Positions 19,258 through 28,112 of a DNA stretch of 64,000 nt are shown here, in pieces. This stretch comes from a bacterium (lineage in GTDB: Bacteria; J088; JAWLBW01). Positions within the stretch are counted from its first letter, which is position 1, and every line of letters begins with the position of its first letter. Made by a program: the position numbers and the translations under genes. The notes beneath the pieces were generated by a model that did no database searches, was not told the DNA's origin, and saw only the letters and a list, made by a program, of their open reading frames with translations. The DNA lies in assembly GCA_041690355.1 (NCBI GenBank), contig JAWLHK010000001.1, forward strand, positions 248,001 to 312,000. The letters are read 5' to 3'.

Positions 19258-19913
19258 CCATGCGTACCCTCTGGATCCCCTTGCTGCTGGCCCTCACGGT
19301 AAATTGCGCGCATGGAACCCAGGCGGCCGAACCCGCCGCCGATCCCCATGCGCACCATCACGCCCATCACGCCATGCACGCGGAACCGGGCGCAGACAGT
19401 GCGGCCTTCGACCGCGGCGATGCGCCGAGCACCGATTCGCTCTACTGGCTCGAGGGGGCCTGGTCGACGTCAGAGGGAACGGAGATCGCGCTCCGGAACC
19501 TGGAGGGAAAACCGGTCGTGCTCACGATGCTGTACACGACGTGCAAGATGGCCTGCCCGGTGCTCGTCAACGACCTCATCCGCATCCAGAAGGGGTTCAC
19601 CGAAGCGGAACGGCAGCAGATCCGCTTCGTCGTCGTGACCATGGATCCCGAGGTCGACACCGTCGAAGTCCTGCGCGCCTTCCAGGCCAAGATTCCCGCG
19701 GCGGCGGCGTGGACGTTCCTGCGCGCCCCGGACGACCGCACCTACGAGCTTGCCGCTTTGCTCGGCATCCGCTACAAAAAGACAGGAGCCGATATCGTGC
19801 ATTCCAACAAGATTACCACCCTGAACGCCCGCGGCGAGATCACGCATCAAGCCGTGGGGCTCCGGGCCGATCCCGAGGAAACCATTCAGGCGGTGCGCAT
19901 GCTCCTGCAGTAA
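19254..19913 (+). CDS. SCO1/SenC copper chaperone with His-rich N-terminus
   Basis: YTTCKMACP (CxxxC), DPEVDT, conserved HS; HAHHHAHHAMH tract; ATGA overlap with the upstream gene. Confidence 0.9.
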   Translation: MTMRTLWIPLLLALTVNCAHGTQAAEPAADPHAHHHAHHAMHAEPGADSAAFDRGDAPSTDSLYWLEGAWSTSEGTEIALRNLEGKPVVLTMLYTTCKMACPVLVNDLIRIQKGFTEAERQQIRFVVVTMDPEVDTVEVLRAFQAKIPAAAAWTFLRAPDDRTYELAALLGIRYKKTGADIVHSNKITTLNARGEITHQAVGLRADPEETIQAVRMLLQ

Positions 19914-19959
19914 CCGTCCCCGCCCGGCGCCGTCTGCCACCCCCAAGGAGTTACCCATC

Positions 19960-21129
19960 ATGAAAACGGCCGGAATCTCATCTGCAGTTCTGTTCACCAT
20001 GGTGCTCGCGGCGTCGCCCGCGGCCCAGGCCGAAGAAACCGATCTGTCCGTCAGTCTCGCCTACCGGCCGCGCGCCGAGGCGATCCACAAGCGGACCCCC
20101 GAAACGAATTACCTGGTCTCGCACCGCGCGGCCATCGGCGTGGCGGCGTCCCGCGACGCGTGGACCCTCTTCGGCGAGGCCCGCGACGCGCGCAACTGGG
20201 GCAAGGGTCCCGACCCGATCGCCGGCGACGGTCAGCTCACGTTGCACCAGGCGACCCTGCAGTACGGCGCGCCCGAGGCCTGGGTGCGCGTCGGCCGGCA
20301 GGAGATCAACTATCTGAACCAGCGGCTCATCGGCAGCCTCGACTGGGCGCAACCGGGCCGCAGCTTCGATGGCATCCGCGGACGCGCCGTCTGGGACCGT
20401 GTGGTCTTCGACGGTTTCGCCGCCTCCATCTCCGAAGCGGTCGGCCGCGGAACGCGCGATCACGGGCTCGCTGCCGGAACCATCGCGTGGACCAACGCCG
20501 GACGCGCGCTGGCCGCCTTTGCGGCGGCGGATTGGCGGCCGCGCAATGACCGCAAGACGTGGACGTTCGGCCCCTATTCCGAAGGGAAGCTCGGCGCGGG
20601 CTTCGGGTACCGCGTGGAGGCATATGGCCAGACGCACGCGGTCGGCGGCAACCTCTCGCTCGCGTACCTCGTGGGCGGCGAAGCGAACTGGACGCGCAAG
20701 TCGGAGACGGGCGGGTTCCGCATTGCAGCCGGTTATGACCGGTTGAGCGGCGCCGACGCCTCCCGTGACCAGGCGGCGTTCGACACGCTGTATGCGACGA
20801 ACCACAAGTTCTATGGCCACATGGACCTCTTCCTCAACCTTCCGCGCGACACGGCGGGCCTCGGCCTGCAGGATGCCTGGGCGGGCGTCTCGGGGAACCG
20901 CGGCCGTTGGTCGGCTTACGCGACGGGGCACCACTTTCTTCCGGAGACAGGCGGAACGGGCGCGTTCGGTTCGGAGCTCGATCTCGGCCTCGGTTTTCAG
21001 GCCGCCGAGAAGGTGCGCTTCGATCTCTTCTACTCCATCCTCGACGCGGGCCCGTCGTTCCAGGCGGCCAACCCGAATGCGCCGAACTACCCGACCTGGG
21101 GCGCACTGCAAGTGACGGCGGCGCTGTAG
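19960..21129 (+). CDS. Alginate-export-family outer membrane beta-barrel protein
   Basis: Signal peptide; VGRQEINY..QRLIGSLDW.Q.GRSFDG and FDTLYATNHKFYGHMDLF motifs. Confidence 0.8.
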   Translation: MKTAGISSAVLFTMVLAASPAAQAEETDLSVSLAYRPRAEAIHKRTPETNYLVSHRAAIGVAASRDAWTLFGEARDARNWGKGPDPIAGDGQLTLHQATLQYGAPEAWVRVGRQEINYLNQRLIGSLDWAQPGRSFDGIRGRAVWDRVVFDGFAASISEAVGRGTRDHGLAAGTIAWTNAGRALAAFAAADWRPRNDRKTWTFGPYSEGKLGAGFGYRVEAYGQTHAVGGNLSLAYLVGGEANWTRKSETGGFRIAAGYDRLSGADASRDQAAFDTLYATNHKFYGHMDLFLNLPRDTAGLGLQDAWAGVSGNRGRWSAYATGHHFLPETGGTGAFGSELDLGLGFQAAEKVRFDLFYSILDAGPSFQAANPNAPNYPTWGALQVTAAL

Positions 21130-21244
21130 AGAAAAGGGAAAACGCGGAGAATACGAGAGTCACAGGGGGGAATGCTTGTTTTGATTCCCCCACTCTCCCC
21201 CTCCCCCGCTCCCCCACTCCGCATCAATGCGTGGGCACCCACCG

Positions 21245-23146
21245 TTACCGCGCCCGCAGCCGCAGAAACAGATCGCCCAGGGCCGTCACGAGCTCACCCG
21301 GGTGCGGAAGCACGCGGTAATTTCGATGACCGAGCATGGCCGGCAGATAGTCACGCCCGTTACGCTCGACGGCGAGCGCATACGTGAGGATGCCACGTTG
21401 GTTTCCCTCCCGGATCGCCTGCCGGACGTCGGCGATGCCGTGACGCCCCTCGTAGCGATCGTAGTCGTTCGGCTTGCCGTCGGTGATCAGCAACAGACAT
21501 CTGCGCCGCGCTGAAGCCTTCGCCAGTCCGGCATGCGCGTGACGCACGGCCGGGCCGATGCGCGTGTACCCCTGCGGCTCGAGGCTCCCGAACCGATCGC
21601 GCGCGCGGCGCCACGGTTCGCGCATACCCTTGAGTTCCACATAATGACAGGCATGCCGCGTGTTGCTGTAGAAACCCGCGACGCCGAACCAGTCCGATTG
21701 CGCCTGCCAGGCTTCGCCAAGCACCACCAGACTTTCGCGCGCGACATCCAGCACGCGCCGGCCGTCGACGTAGCCATCCGTCGAAAGACTCAGATCGACG
21801 AGGAGCTGCAACGCGATCTCCGGCTCGTCCCGCTGCGAACGGATGTACAACCGCTCATCGGGCGAATGCCCGGACGAAAGGGTCGCGTGCGCGTCGACCA
21901 CGGCGTCGACGTCGATCTCACTCCCGTCAAGTTGACGCGGGCGCATCCGGGGGGCCGCGTTCAGCACGGCAAGCCGCCGTTGCAACGTCCGCAAGGTAGC
22001 GCCGTTACGGCGCAACACTTCGGCTGCGTATCCGTGTGCGCCCGTTCCGGCCGTGCGCGGATAGACCGTGCACCATCCGCTGCGATAGGCCCGCTTGCGC
22101 GCGTCCCACTCGTCGTACGGAATGCCGACGGCCTCGGCCGCTTCAGGATCGGCCATTTCCGGGGCTGCCGTATCGAGCATCAGATCGGCGCGGAAGATCG
22201 TGTGCGCGGCCTCCTTCGTGCGGATGACTTCGCGCAGATCCAGCTCCCGCATCGCCTCTCCCTGCTCGTCGAGCTGATCGCTGCCGTCCATGGGCCGCAT
22301 GGAACCGTTGAACTCCTCGAGTGATTCGGTGGACTCGAACTGCGGCGCGAAGACCTTCTTCTTCCAGCGCTCTTCGTCGACGGTGATCACCTTGACCTGC
22401 TCGCGCTGCGGCGCCTCGAGCTCCCGCCCGTCAGCATGCGACGCGGCGCGTTCGCCGTCGGGAGGTCCGGCTTCTTCCCCTGCGGGAGCAACAGGCGGAT
22501 ACAGGCGGCCCCAGAGCAGGTGCGGAGACAAGGCGGCCGGAGCGAACGGCACGAACCCCGCGCGCAAGTATCGAAGTGCAGACTCGAACGGCTCGGTCGT
22601 CAACAGGTTCCACAGCGCGGGATCCGCTTCGGGCCGCCGCGCCAGTGCGATCACCCCTCTGTGCCAGCGATCCGACTCGGTCGCCCCGGCGTGCGAAAGC
22701 ACTTGCGTTTCCCGGTCGAGCGCAAGCTCGATCCACGGATACAGCCCCCGCAGCCGCCGCCGAACCCGCGCGAGGGCGCGAAGACCGGCCAGCGCCGCGC
22801 GCGACTGCCGCTCGGCCTCGGTCGCTCCGGGCTCGGCCGCTTCGATCTCCGCAAGCAGCGCGACGCGGAACAGGTAGAAGCGATGGTTATCCTCGGCCGA
22901 TCCGTATCGATCGATGCACGCGGGGAGGAGCAGAATGTCGCCGCTGCGCCCGCCCCAGTCTTCGGCTTTGCGGATTTCGACGTTGCGCCCCGTCAGCGCG
23001 CGGGCAAGGATGAGCAACGGCCCCTGGATGTCGGCCAGGCGCACTTCTGTTTCCGAAGGCACCGGACGGGGCCGGAACAGCCGCGCGTAACCCGCTTCCA
23101 GCGCGCGCCAGACGGTCAGTTCCAGTTCGAATTCCGGCAGCTTCAC
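21245..23146 (-). CDS. norD: Nitric oxide reductase activation protein (VWA domain)
   Basis: MIDAS DLSLS, YDEWD, GYTRIGPAVRH, ITDGKPND; follows norQ. Confidence 0.9.
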   Translation of the reverse strand: MKLPEFELELTVWRALEAGYARLFRPRPVPSETEVRLADIQGPLLILARALTGRNVEIRKAEDWGGRSGDILLLPACIDRYGSAEDNHRFYLFRVALLAEIEAAEPGATEAERQSRAALAGLRALARVRRRLRGLYPWIELALDRETQVLSHAGATESDRWHRGVIALARRPEADPALWNLLTTEPFESALRYLRAGFVPFAPAALSPHLLWGRLYPPVAPAGEEAGPPDGERAASHADGRELEAPQREQVKVITVDEERWKKKVFAPQFESTESLEEFNGSMRPMDGSDQLDEQGEAMRELDLREVIRTKEAAHTIFRADLMLDTAAPEMADPEAAEAVGIPYDEWDARKRAYRSGWCTVYPRTAGTGAHGYAAEVLRRNGATLRTLQRRLAVLNAAPRMRPRQLDGSEIDVDAVVDAHATLSSGHSPDERLYIRSQRDEPEIALQLLVDLSLSTDGYVDGRRVLDVARESLVVLGEAWQAQSDWFGVAGFYSNTRHACHYVELKGMREPWRRARDRFGSLEPQGYTRIGPAVRHAHAGLAKASARRRCLLLITDGKPNDYDRYEGRHGIADVRQAIREGNQRGILTYALAVERNGRDYLPAMLGHRNYRVLPHPGELVTALGDLFLRLRAR

Positions 23147-23161
23147 CGTGCCCTCATTCCG

Positions 23162-23959
23162 TCAAAGGTGAAGCGAAACGAGATCGCGCAGCGCCCGCAC
23201 GGTGTCGGGATCGTCGGTGAGCGGTTGCACGATGGCTGCATCGGCCGCCTGGCGTGCGGGAAGTCCCGCTCCGATCAGCCGGCCGGCATCGACGAGCAGC
23301 CGGGTCGAGGCCGACTCGGCAAGCCCGAGCTCGTCGAGGCCCCGGATCTTCTGGCCGATGCGCACGAGCTGAAGGGTCGTTCTGGAGTCGAGACCCGTCT
23401 CTTCGACCACGATCTCGACTTCGACCTCGGTCTCCGGGTACTGAAAGGAGAGGGCCACGAAGCGCTGACGCGTCGACGGCTTCAGCTCCTTCAGGCTGCG
23501 CTGGTAACCGGGGTTGTAGCTCACGATGAGCATGAACTCCGGGGGCGCCGTGAGCGCCTCGTCGTGGCGCTCGACGAAGAGCTGCCGGCGATGGTCGGTC
23601 AGCGGGTGGAGAACGACGATAGTGTCGCTGCGCGCCTCGGCGACCTCGTCCAGGTAGCAGATGGCCCCCTCGCGCACGGCCCGGGTGAGCGGGCCGTCCT
23701 GCCAGACCGTCTCGCCGCCGCGGATGAGGTACCGGCCAAGCAGATCGTGGGCCGAGGTGTCATCGTGGCAGGCCACGGTGACGAGCGGGCGGCCCAGCAG
23801 GGCCGCCAGATGCTCGACATACCGTGATTTTCCGCACCCTGTCGGTCCCTTGAGCAGCAAAGGCAGGCGGTGCTCGTAGGCCTTCTTCCCAAGCTCGATC
23901 TCGTAGCCCTGCGGACGGTAATACGGTAACGCCTCTTCGCGCGTAGCAAGCAACGTCAT
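23162..23959 (-). CDS. norQ: CbbQ/NirQ/NorQ MoxR-type AAA+ ATPase
   Basis: GPTGCGKS, WQDGPLTRAVR, ICYLDE, SYNPGYQ, LKPSTRQRF. Confidence 0.95.
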   Translation of the reverse strand: MTLLATREEALPYYRPQGYEIELGKKAYEHRLPLLLKGPTGCGKSRYVEHLAALLGRPLVTVACHDDTSAHDLLGRYLIRGGETVWQDGPLTRAVREGAICYLDEVAEARSDTIVVLHPLTDHRRQLFVERHDEALTAPPEFMLIVSYNPGYQRSLKELKPSTRQRFVALSFQYPETEVEVEIVVEETGLDSRTTLQLVRIGQKIRGLDELGLAESASTRLLVDAGRLIGAGLPARQAADAAIVQPLTDDPDTVRALRDLVSLHL

Positions 23960-25338
23960 TGGGCCGCTCCCTCCGCCCAGGCGCCCGGGACGGCATCGTC
24001 GGCGCCGGGAACCCGTTCGGCGCGCGCAACGGGAAGTCCGTAGCGGATGAAGTTGTAGATGAACAACGTTATTCCGGTCGTGAAGAGCGTGGCCGCGAGA
24101 ACGAGCCCCAGAAAGTGCACTTCGGTTGCCTTCTGCGCTTCGAGAAAGTCCATGCCCATCTTCCGTTCCAGATAGACCTGCGTGATGCCGGCGACGGCAA
24201 AGGCCGCGGTCATCGAGACCATGCCGATGTTGCTCGTCCAGAAGGCCAGCTGCGCGCTCGCGGTGTCATACAGGCGCCGCCCCGTCATTTCGGGCAGGGC
24301 GTAGGTGATGATGCCGAGCACGATCATGGCGTAGGCGCCCCAGAAGGCCAGATGGCCGTGCATGGCCGTCACGAGCGTGCCGTGAGTCCACTTGTTCACC
24401 TGGGGAAGCGTGTGGGCGAATCCGAGAAAGCCCGCGCCGACGAACGCCAGGACGGCGCAGCCGACGGTCCACAGCAGCGCCGTCTGGTTCGGATGGTTGC
24501 GCTGGGCCTTGCGTGCCATGGTGACTGCATAGACGGCCATGGCCAGAAACGCCAGCGGCTCGAGCGCGCTGAAGACGCCCCCGAGCATCAGCCAGTAGCG
24601 CGGTCCGCCGGTCCAGTAGTAGTGGTGACCGGTACCGATGATGCCTGAGAGAAACGTGATGCCCACAATGACGAACAGCCATTTCTCGATGACCTCGCGG
24701 TCGACCCCCGTCAGCTTGATGAGCAGAAACGCGAGAATGCCGCTCATGATGAGTTCCCACACCCCCTCGACCCAGAGGTGCACCACCCACCAGCGGAAGT
24801 AGGACTCATAGGCCAGATTGTCGAAGGTGATCATGCCGGGCAGGTAGAGCAGCGCCGCCGAGATCAGCCCGCCGAGCAGGACGGTCGCCGTTGTGGTCGT
24901 CTGTTTTCCGCGCAGCGCCGTCCATCCGACGTTGAAGAGAAAGAGCAGCACGTTGGCGACGACCAGATAGTCGAGCGGGCGGGGAATCTCAAGGAACTTG
25001 CGCCCTTCCCACCAGTTCATGTGGAAGCCGGCGATGGCGATCACTCCGACGAGCACGAGCGAGACGAGCTGGACGTATGCGAGTTTGACGGAATAAAGCT
25101 CGCGCCCCGACTCTTCGGGAATGATGTAGTAGGCGGCCCCCATGAACCCGGTCAGCAGCCATACGACAAGCAGGTTGTTGTGAGTGGCGCGCGCCGTATT
25201 GAACGGAATCCACGGGTGCAGCCCATCGTAGCCCATGTGGGCGAAGGCCATGATGAACCCGTAGACGATCTGCAGCGACAGCAGCAGCATGCAGGTCGCA
25301 AAGAACCAGTAGGCGACTTTCTGACTTTCGTATTTCAT
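23956..25338 (-). CDS. norB: Nitric oxide reductase catalytic subunit (cNOR)
   Basis: HLWVEGVWE, GTGHHYYW and HGHLAF motifs; about 12 TM; no qNOR N-terminal extension. Confidence 0.95.
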   Translation of the reverse strand: MKYESQKVAYWFFATCMLLLSLQIVYGFIMAFAHMGYDGLHPWIPFNTARATHNNLLVVWLLTGFMGAAYYIIPEESGRELYSVKLAYVQLVSLVLVGVIAIAGFHMNWWEGRKFLEIPRPLDYLVVANVLLFLFNVGWTALRGKQTTTTATVLLGGLISAALLYLPGMITFDNLAYESYFRWWVVHLWVEGVWELIMSGILAFLLIKLTGVDREVIEKWLFVIVGITFLSGIIGTGHHYYWTGGPRYWLMLGGVFSALEPLAFLAMAVYAVTMARKAQRNHPNQTALLWTVGCAVLAFVGAGFLGFAHTLPQVNKWTHGTLVTAMHGHLAFWGAYAMIVLGIITYALPEMTGRRLYDTASAQLAFWTSNIGMVSMTAAFAVAGITQVYLERKMGMDFLEAQKATEVHFLGLVLAATLFTTGITLFIYNFIRYGLPVARAERVPGADDAVPGAWAEGAAQ

Positions 25339-25363
25339 ATGCGTTCTCCGAAGACGTCTCGGG

Positions 25364-26056
25364 TTATCGGCGGGCCGCGAGGTAGGCGGCGATTTCGTTG
25401 CGCTCGGCCTCGGACAGCGGAATCTTCGGCATGGCGGTGCCCGGCCGGATCGCCTGCGGGTCGGTCAGCCAGGCCACGAGCTGGGCCTCATCCATCCGCT
25501 GCCCGATGGTGTCGAGCGCGGGCCCGACGGCTCCCCCCTGACCGCCGATGGCATGGCAGGCGCTGCAGACCGCGGCGTACATCGCCGGCGCCGGCGGAAC
25601 CTCGGCTTCCGGGACCGGGGCCGCTGCCGCAGCCGATACTTTAAGATCGGGCTCCGGCGGCCAGTCGTTCGTATCGATCTCGCCGGCCCACTGGAAGAAG
25701 GCGATCAGGTCGGTGATCTCCTGTTCGCTGAAGCCGTAATTGGGCATGCGGCGCTGGCCGGGAAACATCGCTTCCGGATCCTTGAGGAACAGGCGGATCC
25801 AGGCTTCGCCTCGCCGCGTATACACCTTGGTCAGCTCGGGACCGTAGTAGGCCCCCTCGCCGAGCAGCGTGTGGCAGCCCATGCAGTTGTTGCCGGTCCA
25901 GAGGTGATTGCCGCGCACCACCGATTCGTTCATGTTGCGCGCTTTGGTTCGTTCGGGGATCTGCCGCATGGTGTCGACGGTCAGCCCGAGAAAGATGAGG
26001 GAGAACAGAATCGTTCCCCCGAGAAAGAAGCGTCGAGACTGCGATTTGCTGAGCAC
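25364..26056 (-). CDS. norC: Nitric oxide reductase cytochrome c subunit, di-haem form
   Basis: N-terminal TM anchor; NNCMGCHTLLGEGAYYGPELT; second CSACH domain; GTG start at 26056 with RBS GGGAG. Confidence 0.9.
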   Translation of the reverse strand: MLSKSQSRRFFLGGTILFSLIFLGLTVDTMRQIPERTKARNMNESVVRGNHLWTGNNCMGCHTLLGEGAYYGPELTKVYTRRGEAWIRLFLKDPEAMFPGQRRMPNYGFSEQEITDLIAFFQWAGEIDTNDWPPEPDLKVSAAAAAPVPEAEVPPAPAMYAAVCSACHAIGGQGGAVGPALDTIGQRMDEAQLVAWLTDPQAIRPGTAMPKIPLSEAERNEIAAYLAARR

Positions 26057-26127
26057 GGAGTTCTCCCTGGTTCGAGGCGTAACGTGGCGATCTGTTCTCA
26101 CTCTACGCAACAGCGCAGGCGCCGGGC

Positions 26128-26141
26128 ATGATGCATGTCAT
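26128..26141 (-). promoter_or_regulatory. Crp/Fnr-type box ATGAT-GCAT-GTCAT upstream of norC
   Basis: Centre at -41.5 if minus-strand TAGAGT (26105-26100) is the -10. Confidence 0.7.
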
Positions 26142-26164
26142 ATCGCGTCAGATGATGCCGAGAG

Positions 26165-26178
26165 ATGACCGATGTCAT
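26165..26178 (+). promoter_or_regulatory. Crp/Fnr-type box ATGAC-CGAT-GTCAT upstream of nnrS
   Basis: Perfect 5-4-5 inverted repeat 50 bp upstream of the nnrS start. Confidence 0.7.
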
Positions 26179-26227
26179 AGGCACGCGAGGGGCCGGTGTG
26201 GTTCCATGGTGAAAGGAGGAATACGCT

Positions 26228-27388
26228 TTGGATGTGATTCGAATCCGTACGCAGGAGTCCGGCGGACCCGCTCTCTGGGCCACGGGGTTCCGCCCTTTCT
26301 TTCTGCTGGCCGGCGCGTGGAGCACCCTGCTCGTGGTGCTGTGGGGCGGCTTTCTTGCCGGCGTGCTCCCGCTCCCCGCCTGGAATCCGGTCGCCTGGCA
26401 CGGCCATGAAATGCTCTTCGGCTATACGTCCGCCGTCATCGCGGGCTTTCTGCTCACGGCCGCGCGCAACTGGACGCAGCTGCCGACCGCGAGCGGACGT
26501 GCGCTCCAGGGTCTCGCGGCGCTCTGGCTGGCAGGACGTGTACTGCTGCTTGCCGGCACCGCCGTTCCCCCCGCGCTGGCGCTCGCCGTAGACGTCGCTT
26601 TCTTCCCCGCGCTCGCGCTGGTGGTCGCGCGGCCGGTCGTGCGCAGCCGTAACTGGCGCAATCTTGCCTTCGTCCCCATGCTGCTCGGATTGGCGGCGCT
26701 GAATCTGTTCTGGCACCTGCGCCCTGAACTTTCGTCGCGCCTGCTGTGGACGGCAACGGGAATCGTCGTGCTCATGATGACCCTCGTCGGCGGGCGCATC
26801 ATTCCCTTCTTCACGCGCAACGCCCTCGAAGTTCCCGCGCGCCCGCTGCGCTGGGCCGACTGGAGCGCCTTGTTCCTGACGCTGGCCGTCGTCCTGCTCG
26901 ACGCGGCCGCCTGGGCCGAACCGGTTCCGTGGATCGCCGGCGCCGCCGCCCTCTTTCACCTGATCCGCATGCTCGGCTGGCAGTCTCTCGCGACGGCGCG
27001 CACGCCGATCCTCTGGGTGCTCCACCTCGGCTATCTGTGGATCCCCATCGGGTTTCTCCTGCGCGCGCTGCCGCTCTCGATTCCCCCGACGGCCGCGCTG
27101 CACGCCTTCACCGCCGGGGCCATCGGCATGCTCACCCTCGGCATGATGACCCGCGTCTCACTCGGGCATACCGGCCGGAACATTGCGGCCGATGGCGGAA
27201 CCGCGGTCGCCTTTCTGCTCGTTCTGCTCGCGGCGGCGCTCCGGGTCGCCGGGCCGATCGCCGCGCCCGCCTTCGCGAACACCTGGCACCTGTCCGCCGC
27301 CGCGGCATGGACCGTCGCGTTCGCCTGGTTCGTCATGCGCTATGCCGGCATTCTGGTCACCCCGCGCCCCGACGGACGTCCGGGGTGA
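26228..27388 (+). CDS. nnrS: NnrS protein
   Basis: GFRPFFL, WHGHEMLFGY, GFLLTAARNWT, GGRIIPFFT, RVSLGHTGR, PRPDGRPG; RBS AAAGGAGG. Confidence 0.95.
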   Translation: MDVIRIRTQESGGPALWATGFRPFFLLAGAWSTLLVVLWGGFLAGVLPLPAWNPVAWHGHEMLFGYTSAVIAGFLLTAARNWTQLPTASGRALQGLAALWLAGRVLLLAGTAVPPALALAVDVAFFPALALVVARPVVRSRNWRNLAFVPMLLGLAALNLFWHLRPELSSRLLWTATGIVVLMMTLVGGRIIPFFTRNALEVPARPLRWADWSALFLTLAVVLLDAAAWAEPVPWIAGAAALFHLIRMLGWQSLATARTPILWVLHLGYLWIPIGFLLRALPLSIPPTAALHAFTAGAIGMLTLGMMTRVSLGHTGRNIAADGGTAVAFLLVLLAAALRVAGPIAAPAFANTWHLSAAAAWTVAFAWFVMRYAGILVTPRPDGRPG

Positions 27389-27400
27389 GCGGGACAGCGG

Positions 27401-27982
27401 TCACGGATTGAAGGAAGGCGAATCGCTCGCGGGGAAAGATTCCGCCGAGGCCTCGTCTACGCGATCGGCCCCCGCATCGGCCCGAACCTCGCGCGCCGAG
27501 AATGCCGACGTGGTCGTACCCGTCGGCCGCGGCATGCCGAACGGAACCGCACGCCACTCGTTCCCCTCGCGCAAGAAGGCGTCTGGACGGTGCGCCCGGG
27601 TTCCGCCTGTTTTCCGCTTGGCCGCGCGCGCCTGGAACAACGCGACGGCGTGCAGCGCCGCAAATCCCGCCTCGACCACGCCGTCGACGAGATAGACCCG
27701 CGAGATGCGGCCGCGCAGACCGTAAGTGAAGTCGGCTCCGCCGAGGACAAGTGCGCGGCTCAGCCCGTGCACAGCGCGACGCTCACGCAGCAGATGCCAA
27801 CCGTCGGCCGCCAGCAGCGCGCCCATCGTTTTCACGAGCCAGACATCGGTTTTGGGGCCGGTGACCCGCTGGAACGAGCGCGGCGCAAGAATCGGCCAGA
27901 GCCCGGTCGTCAGATAGAGCAGCCCCTGTGCCGTCGCGGCCGTGCGCCCGATTCCGTCTGTTCTGGAGCGATGCGGATCCAC
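27401..27982 (-). CDS. Hypothetical membrane protein with C-terminal DEAS.ESFPASD motif
   Basis: QGL.YL.TGLWP..SF..VTGPKTD.WLVKT.G motif; fills the gap between neighbouring genes. Confidence 0.6.
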   Translation of the reverse strand: MDPHRSRTDGIGRTAATAQGLLYLTTGLWPILAPRSFQRVTGPKTDVWLVKTMGALLAADGWHLLRERRAVHGLSRALVLGGADFTYGLRGRISRVYLVDGVVEAGFAALHAVALFQARAAKRKTGGTRAHRPDAFLREGNEWRAVPFGMPRPTGTTTSAFSAREVRADAGADRVDEASAESFPASDSPSFNP

Positions 27983-28112
27983 GCTGCCATCATGCCACCG
28001 AGCCTGGCGGGGCGCTGCCTTCAGCGCCGGCCCGGTGGACGCACGCTGAGCCTACTCATCGGTAGGTAAACCCTGTATGCTGTAGGTTCGAACCTCGTAC
28101 CCAGGAGCCCCC

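Noticed and set aside
23956-25338. NorB as an NO dismutase or qNOR
   Set aside because: The canonical HLWVEG..E, GHH and HGH ligands are intact, and norC, norQ and norD are present.
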